A stretch of 64,000 bases of DNA from Tubulanus polymorphus. Taxonomy: Eukaryota; Animalia; Nemertea. Location: positions 868,001-932,000 of the forward strand of contig NC_134036.1 in assembly GCF_964204645.1 (NCBI RefSeq). The letters run 5' to 3'. A program made the position numbers and the translations under genes. Below the pieces are notes generated by a model. The model was not told where the DNA came from, did not search any database, and saw only the letters and a program-made list of their open reading frames with translations. Each line of letters opens with the position of its first letter. Position 1 is the stretch's first letter. This document shows, in pieces, positions 40,717 to 57,358 of the stretch.

Positions 40717-41445
40717 TGCTTTTAGAATAACTAAACTTATTATTCTATAAAAATAATGAAATAAGTTTAACCGTCATTTAAGACATAAGTGTGTTCGATT
40801 TTAACTGAACAGTTGTCTTAAAAACGCAGAATTATAATTTTAGTGGTTCGAATTTATTTATTTCATGGACGCGGCCATATTTGATTTATTATCCAGTAGA
40901 GGGCGGCACGAGATGGTGAAATTCAATTCCAATTGCCTATATTGAGTTGGCGGGCCGGACGTAGTGGCGCGCGGTACTGCAGGTACACTGTCGCAGTGCA
41001 CGGCTCCATGCCAACCGTGCGTAAACAAATGAAATGTCAATCAATGGAATCAATGAAAGTGACCGCAATTCACGACATCAGGTAAGAATATTCTAATACA
41101 CTGTTAGTCCCTGTACGGGCGTAGTGCTAGGACTGGTCCCTGGGTTGAATTTAACACCAGAATTAATAACGGCACATCTGAAATGAATTAACTAATTCTC
41201 CACTATGGAACCGGGTCCGGTACTGTGTGAAACGTGCTCATTGTAACAAAAAGGCAGTGGTGGCTCTGCAATCTTAACACTGCGTATTGAAATACATTTC
41301 ATATTGAGTTCCTAGTTATAACAGGAATATCCGTTTTTCCTTTTTAAAAAATCATAACAAATCACGTTAATTATTTCGCAAAATTTTTTAGATATACATT
41401 TTCGACGACGCATATATCATGATAAAATACCGATAAATCGACAAG

Positions 41446-47210
<5,765 letters not shown>

Positions 47211-47572
47211 CGACATGAAAATTTCAAATCAGTGTCTGAGAACGAGTGAGGGCCCCGGTGATGATGAGAAGACGACTTGATCTCGAAGAAGCCGCGATCC
47301 ACAACACAATAAAAACGAATTTTCAATCTTTTCTTCAAATTTACATCAATTATATCTGTTAAGTTAAATATTCATTCAGATTATGAAATAAACAGTCTAT
47401 TTTTCTTATTGAAAACAAGTTTTTTTAAAGATATTTCACCATTAATGCACTACATGAAATATCAAATCAGTTCCATCAATTCGATGATGTCATAGATTCT
47501 ATATTATCACAATTACGTCATAGTGTGATGGAAACGTCGTAAGTTACAATAGTTACTTTCACAATAGTGATT

Positions 47573-50034
47573 TCAATCAGTTAATTCTAGACCAGCTAAT
47601 GTAGCTAGTTGTTCATCGATTTCATCAGTTTTTCTCTTTTCTTCAGCTGTTCGTTTTCGTAGAGCGACGCGTTCTGCTTCATGCCTCATTTTCTGTTCAT
47701 TTTCTTCACGACGTTGACGCTTGATTTCGGCTTGTTTCAAAATACTTTTCATCGCGTTCATGTGTTCTCGGTCGGTTATCACGTAACTGTGTTTTATCAA
47801 ACCGGCCAGGCTTGAAAAGTCTTTTCGAACTTTTTTCCGCAATTCAGGTGTCGTCACAACCGGTATTACAGAAAAGCAGGCCTCCTCGATTATTGTGACG
47901 AATAGATTTTCACTAGTTAACTTGCTACACATACTGTCCCATGTCTCTTCATCTAGATACAATATTCTGTAGCAAGACCTCTCTACGGCCATACCACGTG
48001 ATCTTTGTATACCGCCGACCGCGGGGAATGAATCGGGGGTGCAGATTTTAACACCTTTCAGTTCCCTTTCTAATCTGTCTTTGTAATCGAGTGCCCGGTC
48101 GCGGGCCCGATCGTCGCATAGTAAACAGAAGTGATAGGTTTCGTAATGTAGCGCTTCGGGAAGTTCAGCTGCGGCTCGGAAATCTTCTGCAAAGAGTAAA
48201 AGAAGGAGGCATGGTTTTTTTTTACATACAAGAGGTTTGATCTCCCATCAAAGAAACTCGTGTCAGGCTGGGTAAATTTTCCAAATCTTTTTAACAAAGG
48301 AACAAGATTTATCCTTATGCCTTAAATAAAATCTGTATTTTTTATCTTAGAATAGGAATTTCGTTTGATTTTCTGATTTGGTGTCCCTTACAAACCCAAC
48401 AGTCCTGTCGGGAGCGAAACAGGGGGTTTGATTTTTAACATGTATGTCTTACCTAGATCTCTTATCGGTTGCGGCTCAGGCTGAAATTATAAAAGGATAT
48501 TTAGATCAACTCAAAAAAGAGATTTCCTCTTATTTCACGGTATCGTGGACAGCTCAGCGCCATCGCAGCAAATGAAATATTTTCGAGCAAAAAAATTTTT
48601 ACACAACATATTCTATTCTAGCTAAGATGCAGTTTGTTTAAAGTGAGTTACCTGCACCGGTTCGGTGGAAACTACTAGATTATTCTGTTTAGCGAACACC
48701 GGGTCGACTGAAACAGAATATTGAAAATGTTGAATTTCAACGGAATTTTTAACAACAAAAAAACAAGTTTTTATCACCACTTTTTACCTTGACCTCTGAT
48801 ATAGTCAGCAATTGTTTTTTCACCAATTTTTTCCAAATTGATGATTAGTTTTTGGTAATTCTTGTTTTTCGGATCTATCACCATCTGCCTCTCCAGAATA
48901 TCAAATAAATCGAACATATTTTTACACTCATCTCGATCTCGAGCGTACAAATTATCGTGGAAAGAATTTTTCAAACGAACAAATCCATCATCATTCAGAT
49001 TCATGTGAATATAATCTCTTAATTCACTACAATGAAATAAAATACAATTTTAGTGTCCATCATATTCAGAATGTTTCTGAAAATTGTATACATGCCAAAA
49101 TAGCTCAGCCATTTCTATACTTACGGATAGGAAATTCCCTGCTCAGTAGCTCCGGTCTAAAAATCATAATGAATTAATGTTACTGTTATGACAAGAATGT
49201 GTGAAATGTCATATTTTAGTTAATTGAGCTTGTTCCCTGATCCTGCAGCCACTGTGAGAAAAAATGATCCAGCCATGTGTCCAGTCACTGAGACAAACTA
49301 ATTGGGCTGGCTTGTGCCATGTGTCCAGTCAATGAGACAAACTAATTGGGCTGGCTTGTGCCCTGTGTCCAGTCACTGAGACAAACTAATTGAGGAGGGT
49401 TGTGCCCTGTGCCCAGTCACTGAGACAAACTAATTGAGCTAGCTTGTGCCCTATGTCCAGTCACTGAGACAAACTAATTGAGGTGGCTTGTGCCCTATGT
49501 CCAGTCACTGAGACAAACTAATTGAGCTGGCTTGTGCCCTGTGTCCAGTGACTGAGACAAACAAATTGAGCTAGCTTGTGCCCTATGTCCACCCACTGAG
49601 ACAAACTAATTGAGCTGGCTTGTGCCCTGTCTGCGTCCAGTCACTGAGACAAACTAATTGCCCTGACCAGTTACGATTTATTTAGCTAATAGTTCGTTCA
49701 GTAAACATTCTATGAGACAATTATTGAGCCGCCTCAAGTCGCGGCTACATCACAAACTACACCTATAACTTTTACCCACCGGTGGGTCAGCCGGTCTCTA
49801 CTTACTTAGTAGATAGAGTAGCCCGTCTACATAACGGCGTAGGCGTCACCGTCCGAGACAAACTGAACAGAGATCTGGTTGAACAGACTTGTCACAAAGT
49901 GAACATATTTCGATAGAAATCATTAATATATATACAATATTGCATGACCTTACCTCATTCAGTGTTTGTGTATCCCGATTATTTAAGGTATATCCAGATG
50001 GAATAACTCTTTGCGCTGCCGGATGATCGGCCAT
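47573..50034 (-). CDS. DED + TRIF/TICAM-like TIR + coiled-coil protein, copy 1 (349 aa)
   Basis: Exons 49954-50034, 49125-49156, 48788-49026, 48652-48707, 48453-48480, 47573-48186 (1050 nt, open). DED-like ELRDYIHMNLNDDGFVRLK...FDLFDILERQMVIDP...LIINLEKIG; TIR-like YHFCLL...RALDYKDRLE...KICTPDSF...AVERSCYRILYL...SVIPV...LAGLI. Confidence 0.8.
49275..49660. repeat. 43 bp satellite, ~9 copies, in intron 1 of DED-TIR copy 1
   Basis: Unit gtgtccagtcactgagacaaactaattgagctggcttgtgccct. Confidence 0.95.
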
Positions 50035-50044
50035 CTTGTATAGT

Positions 50045-50055
50045 GGGGATTTCCC
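50045..50055. promoter_or_regulatory. NF-kappaB consensus site upstream of DED-TIR copy 1 (equivalents at 53014-53023 and 57372-57381)
   Basis: GGGGATTTCCC matches GGGRNWYYCC; positionally conserved in the three paralogues. Confidence 0.5.
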
Positions 50056-50352
50056 TGCTAATGTTTATTGGAATCATGGATAGATGGCGTCTGCATCAAA
50101 AAGGCAACTCTACGAGTCTAGTTGTGAAGCAGAAACCCGAACGCAGGGTGATTTTAATATAGAACCGGTTTTTATCAATTATCTGTTGAATTAAAAACAT
50201 TTTCAGTTTGCAAAGTGAACAAGTATTATTCGCAAAATACGCAAATGATTTTTAATTGAACAGAATTTTTATGTTTTATCCAAAATACTGGAATTTACAT
50301 ACGACACTCCTTTATTCGCATTCAGTATTCTCTTCCATGTATACAGTTTCAA

Positions 50353-50570
50353 GCTGCGGGTTTTTCTATGAAAAACTGGAGAAATATTTCGAGATGGAAT
50401 TCGTTGATATTCTCAGTTTCATCTCAGTTTTGGATAATCTCAATTTATAACATGAGAATCTCAAAATCAGTGTCTGAGGACGAGTGAGGGACTACACCCC
50501 GGTGATAAAGCAGAGACGACTCGATCTCGAAGAAGCCACGACCCACAACACAATAAACACAAATTTTCAT
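50353..50570 (+). pseudogene. Relic duplicate of the last exon and 3' UTR of the ARM-TIR-SAM gene
   Basis: Nearly identical to 47112-47330, with a 1-nt deletion and an altered acceptor. Confidence 0.85.
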
Positions 50571-51006
50571 TTTTTCATTAATTATCTAAATATTATATAA
50601 ATTATTACATTTATTATATAAATGCAGATTATAAAATAGACATTATTTTTTTCTAATGGAAAACAACCTCATTTTAGAAAATCAGTTTCGTAAAAATCTC
50701 CGCCGGATAAGAATAAGTACAAGTATCATCTGGCCACCTTCGGTTAGCTGAGTTAGTCGACTATAGTCAAACTAAACGAAACCGAATGTCCATTAGTCGG
50801 AACTATATTCCGGAAATAGTTCGAAAATCAAACGCATTCGGTTATCAGTTCGATAAACCGAATTTGGCCATTTGTGTTCAATCAAAAGCACCACGTGAAA
50901 TGTCAAATCAGTTCCATCAATTCGATGATGTCATAGGGTCCATATTATCACAATTTCGTCATATTGTGATGGAAAGGTTATCATCGTTACTTTCACAATA
51001 GTGATT

Positions 51007-53001
51007 TCAATCAGTTAATTGTAGACCAGCTAATGTAGCTAGTTGTTCATCGATTTCATCAGTTTTTCTCTTTTCTTCAGCTGCTCGTTTTCGTAGAGCG
51101 ACACGTTTTGCTTCATTCCTTTCTTTCTGTTCATCTTCTTCGCGACGTCGACCCTCGATTTCGGCCTGTTTCAAAAAGGATTTCATGGCGTTCATGTGTT
51201 CTCTGTCGGTAATCACGTAAATCGGTTTTATCAAACCGGCCAGTGTTGATAAGGCTTTTTCAGCTTTTTCGCGGACTTCGGGAGTCGTCACAACCGGTAT
51301 TACAGAGCAGGTTCCTTCTACCTTCATTGTGACGAAAAGGTGTTCCGTAGTTAACTTGCTACACATACTGTCCCATGTCTCTTCATCTAGATACAATATT
51401 CTGTAGCAGGATTTCTTTACAGCCATGGCAAGTGATCCTTGTATACCGCCGACCGCGGGGAATGAATCGGGGGTGCAGATTTTAACATCTTCCAGTTCCC
51501 TTTCAAACATGTCTTTGTAATCGAGTGCCCGGTCGCGGGCCCGGTCGTCGTACAGTAAACAGAATTGATAGGTTTCGTAATGTAGCGCTTCGGGAAGTTC
51601 CGCTGCGGCTCGGAAATCTTCTGCGAATAAGTAAAAGAAGGGGATTCGTCGATTTTTACATAAAAGGGGTTTGATCTCCCATCAAAGAAACTCATGTCAG
51701 GCTGGGTAAATTTTCCAAATCTTTTGAACAAGGGGAGAAGATTTATCTTTATGTCTCAAATAAGATCAGTATTTTTATACATGATGTCCTACCTTGATCC
51801 CTTATTGCTTCAGGCTGAAATTTTAAAAGGAGATTTAGATAAACGCTGAGATATCTTGATATCTCATAGAATATCGTGGACAGAAGCACCATCTCAGCAA
51901 ACACAATATTTTGGAGCGCAAAGATAATATTGCACATTCATATATAGCTCTTTTCTTCTGTGGTTTGTTTTAGGTAAGTTACCTGCACCCGATTCGGTGA
52001 CTACTAAATTATTCTGATTAGCGAGTTAAAGATCAAAAACATCTCGATATTTGATGGAAAAGAAACTTTTCAAATGGAAAGAAATAAATGTATAAGTTAC
52101 CGCTATGTCTCCCTGTACTGATTCGGTGGAAACTACTAGATTAGTCTGTTTAGCGAACGCTGGATCGACTGAAACAGAATATAGAAAATGTTGAATTTCA
52201 CCGGAATTTTTAACAACAGAAAAACAAGTTTTTAACATCGTTATTTACCTGAACCTCTGATATGGTCAGCAATTGCTTTTTCATTTATTTCATCTAAACT
52301 CTTTATCAATTTTTCGTAGTTTTTGTTTTTGGGCTCTATATACCCTTTTGATACAAGCTGATCCATCAAAGAAGGTACATCTTTAAATCTTTCTCGCTGA
52401 TCAGCTCTTAAGCACTTTTTTTTCAAATCAACTAATCCATCCTCCGCCAGATGCTGACTAATATGATCTCTCACTTTGCTGATACAAAATCAAATAAAAT
52501 TTTAGTTTCTAATATTTTCTCAGAAATGTTCTTCGAAAATTATACATATGAACATAATAAGTGCAGCATTTCACTGCCCTAATACTTACCGATAGAGAGT
52601 TTCATTCTGAAAATGATATTAAAAGCATTGTTAATGTAATGATTCCAATACAACACTTAATTTTTAGCTAATTGAGAAACAAACTGACCAGCCACTGCTG
52701 GCTTTGTCCCCAGACCTGACTAAGGCTAAAAAATATATTGATACCTTCTTTCTCCGCACTATTGAGCCTTAAAGATGACCTGACCGGCCGCCTATCTACC
52801 CTGTACATTACTTTTTTTTCAAAATCGTGATCGATTTTACCATAAACAGACCCGGCAGCTCTAGAAATGAACTGTTTACAAATTCTATTCACTGAATTAA
52901 AGAAGCAGTTGTAATTTTACCTCATCCATGTTTGTTTGTGTATCTTGGTTGTTTAAGGCATATCCAGGTGGGATAACTCTTTGCAATGTTTGAGTCGCCA
53001 T
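51007..53001 (-). CDS. DED + TRIF/TICAM-like TIR + coiled-coil protein, copy 2 (343 aa)
   Basis: Exons 52921-53001, 52590-52606, 52249-52478, 52101-52168, 51793-51814, 51007-51620 (1032 nt, open); same intron phases as copy 1. Confidence 0.8.
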
Positions 53002-53138
53002 CTTTAATCCAACGGGTTTTCCCATATACTATTATTACCGGGTAGTGTGTCTTAAAGGGGAACATGGATAGATGGCGCTTTATCAATAAAATTAACTTCA
53101 ATTACATCCAACATCATCAATTTTCCATTTGTTTGTTT

Positions 53139-53229
53139 TTTTTTCTATGAAAAACTGGAAAAATCGTTCGAGATGGAATTCGTTGATATTCTCAGTTTCT
53201 TCTCAGATTCAGATAATCTCAATTTATAG
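53139..53229 (+). pseudogene. Second relic of the ARM-TIR-SAM last exon
   Basis: ttctatgaaaaactggaaaaatcgttcgagatggaattcgttgatattctcagtttc is identical to 47124-47180; no acceptor AG. Confidence 0.85.
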
Positions 53230-53813
53230 CAAGAATTTATAACCCACAAAACATTAAAAACAAAGTTTCATTTTTTCATTGACCATTTATCAATCGAATA
53301 CATATTGTATATATTATTTAAGGTGACACATAAATAGAGTTGTTTATTTTATATAACAAGAATTTATAACCCACAACACAATTAAAACAAAGTTTCATTT
53401 TTTCATTGACCTTTTATCAATCTAATACATATTGCATATATTATTAAAGGTTATACATAAATAAAGAGTCGTTTATTTTATCTAAAAGCGAGGAAGTCTT
53501 TTTTCAAAATTTATCTCCAATGCGTACAAAGTTTCTGCGGACGAGTTTAAGTACGATCAGTTCTCCTCGATTATAATGCACCGAGTGGAATATCAAATCC
53601 AAGCATTATCAATTCGATGATGTCATGGTTATAAATATTATCTTTTAATGCCCTCGACCCGCTAAGCGCCACGCAGGACATTATAAGCGGGTTCGATGAC
53701 CAGAGAAGAACCTTCGACCAAGAAACTCGCCACTAGGGTTTGAAATATGAATATCATCACGACGATCTCATAGGGTGATACAGCTAAGACCTCGTTTCGT
53801 TCTGAACCACGAT

Positions 53814-56800
53814 TTAATCGGTTAACTCTAAACTAGCTATTCCTTCATCGATTTCATCAGTCTGCGAGTTTTCTGCAGCTGCTTGTTCTGGAAGAGCGAC
53901 GTCTTCTAATTCATTCATTTCTTCCTGTAGCCGTTCATCTTCTTCACGAATTTGGCACTGTTTTTTGGCAACCTCAAAAATGGATTTCATGGCGTTCCAG
54001 TGCTCTCTGTCGGTTATCTCGTAACTGGTTTTTATCAAAGCGCCCAGACTTGGATATTCTTTTCGAACTTCTCTCCGCAATTCGGGTGTCGTCACAACCG
54101 GTATTACAGAGAAGAGCTCCTCAATGATCATTTTGACGTATAGGATTTCCGTAGTTAACTTGCTATGCATACTGTTCCATGTCTTGTCATCGAGGTATAA
54201 TATCCTGTAGTAGGATTTCTGTACACACATATCTCGTGGTCCCTGGATACAGCCGACCTCGGGAAATGAATCAGGGGTGCAAATTTTAACATCGCCAAGT
54301 TTACTTTTTAATTCCTTTATATAATCGGCCACCCGGTCAGTGCGATCTTCACGGCCATCGACCTCCTCATCATCGTGAAGTAAACAAAAGTGAAAGGTTT
54401 TGTTGTTGGACTGAAATTTGAAAAAAAAAAAAAAACGTTAGAGATCAAAAACATCTCGATATTTGATGGAAAAGAAACTTTTCAAATGGAAAGAAATAAA
54501 TGTATAAGTTACCGCTAGGTGTACCGGTACCGATTCAGCGGAAACCACTCGATTATTCCCATTAACGAACGCTGGGTCGACTGTCGGGTTGAACGCTGGG
54601 TTGACTGTCGGGCTGAACGCTGGGTCGACTGAAATAGAATTTTGAAAATGTTGAATTTCATCCGAGTTCAACAAAAAAACACGTTTTAATCATAATTTTT
54701 ACCTTGACCGCTGATATAGTCAGCAATTGCTTTTCGATCAATTTCATTCAAATTGATGATTAGTTCTTGGTAATCATTTTTTTCGGGATCTATCACCATC
54801 TGCCTCTCCAGAATGTCCAATAATTCGAACACATTTTTACACTCATCTCGATCTCGAGCGTCCAAATTATCGTGGAAACTATTTTTCAAACGAACAAATC
54901 CATCATCATTTAGCTTCCTGTGAATATAATCTCTTAATTCACTACAATGAAATGAAATACAATTTTAGTGTCAATTATTTTCGCAGAAATGTTCCTGAAA
55001 ATTGTATACATGCTAAAATAGCTCAGCTATTTCTATACTTACCGATAGGAAATTCCCTGCTCTGTAGCTCCGGTCTAAAAATCATAATGAATTAATGTTA
55101 ATATTATAATACAAATGTATGAAATTGAGCTGACTTGTCCCCTGATCCTGCAGCCACTGAGAGACAAAATGATCCAGCCATCTGCTGGCTGAAATTTGTG
55201 CCATGTGTCCAGTGACGGAGACATACTAATTTAGCTGGCTTGTGTCCTGTGTCCAATCAGTGACTGAGACAGGCTAATTGAGGTGGCTTGTGCCCTGCGC
55301 CCAGTCACTGGAGACAAACTAATTGAGGTGGATGTGCCCCTGTGTCCAGTGACTGAGACAAACTAATTGAAGTGGCTTGTGCGCTGTGCCCAGTCACTGA
55401 GACAAACTAATTGAGGTGGCTTGTCCCCTGTGTCCAGTCACTGAGACAAACTAATTGAACTGGCTTTTGCCCTGTGCCCAGTCACTGAGACAAACTAATT
55501 GAGCTGGCTTGTGCTCTATGTACAGTCACCGAGACAAACTAATTGAGATGGCTTGTGCCCTGCGTCCAGTCACTGAGGCAAAATAATTGAGGTGGCTTGT
55601 GCCCTGTGTCCAGTGACTGAGACAAACTAATTGGGCTGGCTTGTGCCCCTGTGTACAGTCACCGAGACAAACTAATTGAGATGGCTTGTGCCCTGCGTCC
55701 AGTCACTGAGGCAAAATAATTGAGGTGGCTTGTGCCCTGTGCCCAGCCACTGAGACAAACTAATTGAGGTGGCTTGTGCCCTGTGCCCAGTCACTGAGAC
55801 AAACTAATTGATGTGGCTTGTGCCCTGCGTCCAGTCAATGAGGCAAACTAATTGAGCTGGCTTGTGCCCTGTGTCCAGTGACTGTGACAAACTAATTGAG
55901 GTGGCTTGTGCCCTGTGTCCAGTGACTGAGACAAACTAATTGGGCTGGCTTGTGCCCCTGTGTACAGTCACCGAGACAAACTAATTGAGATGGCTTGTGC
56001 CCTGCGTCCAGTCACTGAGGCAAAATAATTGAGGTGGCTTGTGCCCTGTGCCCAGCCACTGAGACAAACTAATTGATGTGGCTTGTGCCCTGCGTCCAGT
56101 CAATGAGGCAAACTAATTGAGCTGGCTTGTGCCCTGTGTCCAGTGACTGTGACAAACTAATTGAACTGGCTTGTGCCCTGCGTCCAGTCACTGAGGCAAA
56201 ATAATTGAGGTGGCTTGTGCCCTGTGTCCAGTCACTGAGACAAACTAATTGGGCTGGCTTGTGCCCCTGTGTACAGTGACTGTGACAAACTAATTGAACT
56301 GGCTTGTGCCCTGCGTCCAGTCACTGAGGCAAAATAATTGAGGTGGCTTGTGCCCTGTGTCCAGTCACTGAGACAAACTAATTGAGCTGGCTTGTGCCCT
56401 GTGTCCAGTGACTGAGACAAACTAATTGAGCTGGCTTGTGCTCTATGTACAGTCACCGAGACAAACTACTGTCTGTCACACATGCTCTTCGTGCGACGTT
56501 TTGGTTCGTAATTTCGTTAATAATCGGTTGATCTGTAAATATTATGCATCAATTTGTTCAGTAAGGAATTTGCATTCAGAAATAAATCATGAACTGGCAG
56601 AAATTTGTTTGTGTTTTCTTCTATCAGCGATAGTTTACCTAGCATACGCTCGCGTAATGCTGAAAAACGGCTTTTATGGCCCGTCACGTGGCGCCACCTA
56701 CTGTATTTTGATATGCTAATGAGCAGGTGATGACGTCACTGTAACGTTTCCGAGCGTCCGCGGAGCGGATTTTTCAGCATTACGCGAGCGTATGCTGAGT

Positions 56801-57358
56801 AAACTATCGCTCATAAATGAAAACAAAAACAACTTTAGTGAAAATTGTTGTTTATTTCTGAATGCAAATTCCTCACTGAACAAATTGATGCATAATAAAG
56901 GTAGATAAACCGATTATTAACGAAATTACGGACCAAAACGTCGCACGGAGAGTAGGTGTGACAGACAGTAATTGATGTGGCTTGTGCCCTGCGTCCAGTC
57001 AATGAGGCAAACTAATTGAGCTGGCTTGTGCCCTGTGTCCAGTGACTGTGACAAACTAATTGAGGTGGCTAGTGCCCTGTGCCCAGCCACTGAGACAAAC
57101 TAATTGAGCTGGCTTGTGCCCTGTGCCCAGTGACTGAGACAAACCAATTGAGGTGGCTTGTGCCCTCTGTGCCCAGCCACTGAGACCAACTAATTGAGGT
57201 GGCTTGTGCCCTGTGTCCAGTCACTGTGATATTGAGCTGGTTCACGGCCAGCAGCCACCGTGAACTAGAAATATGAGCTAAGTTGCTTTGAGAAATCTGC
57301 CTTGTGTAATTTAAATTACTTCAGTTTCGTTTATATCTTCGTTAATCTGTGCGGCCAT
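53814..57358 (-). CDS. DED + TRIF/TICAM-like TIR + coiled-coil protein, copy 3 (340 aa)
   Basis: Exons 57320-57358, 55043-55074, 54703-54941, 54513-54628, 53814-54410 (1023 nt, open). The first exon is inferred from promoter-motif conservation and phase. Confidence 0.75.
55204..57228. repeat. 43-44 bp satellite array in intron 1 of DED-TIR copy 3, interrupted by a MITE
   Basis: Same unit as 49275-49660, roughly 35 copies. Confidence 0.96.
56469..56968. mobile_element. 500 bp foldback MITE with long TIRs and TA target-site duplication (Tc1/mariner-type)
   Basis: ctgtctgtcacac...gtgtgacagacag inserted at the TA of the satellite unit acaaacTAattg; arms of ~200 bp. Confidence 0.9.

Noticed and set aside
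40985-41005. Iron-responsive element (CAGTGC loop) in the ARM-TIR-SAM leader
   Set aside because: The flanks do not form the required 5-bp upper stem. No convincing IRE was noticed by eye elsewhere; a SIREs or Infernal scan would be needed to exclude one.
48070-48297. Apparent programmed frameshift between ORF 48070-48297 (and 51417-51731) and the downstream TIR ORF
   Set aside because: Acceptors at 48186 and 51620 give a continuous frame by ordinary splicing; the upstream ORFs are off-frame or intronic.
50353-50450. Relic exons as functional alternative last exons of the ARM-TIR-SAM gene
   Set aside because: The available AG acceptors put the first relic out of frame (1-nt deletion), and the second relic has no acceptor.
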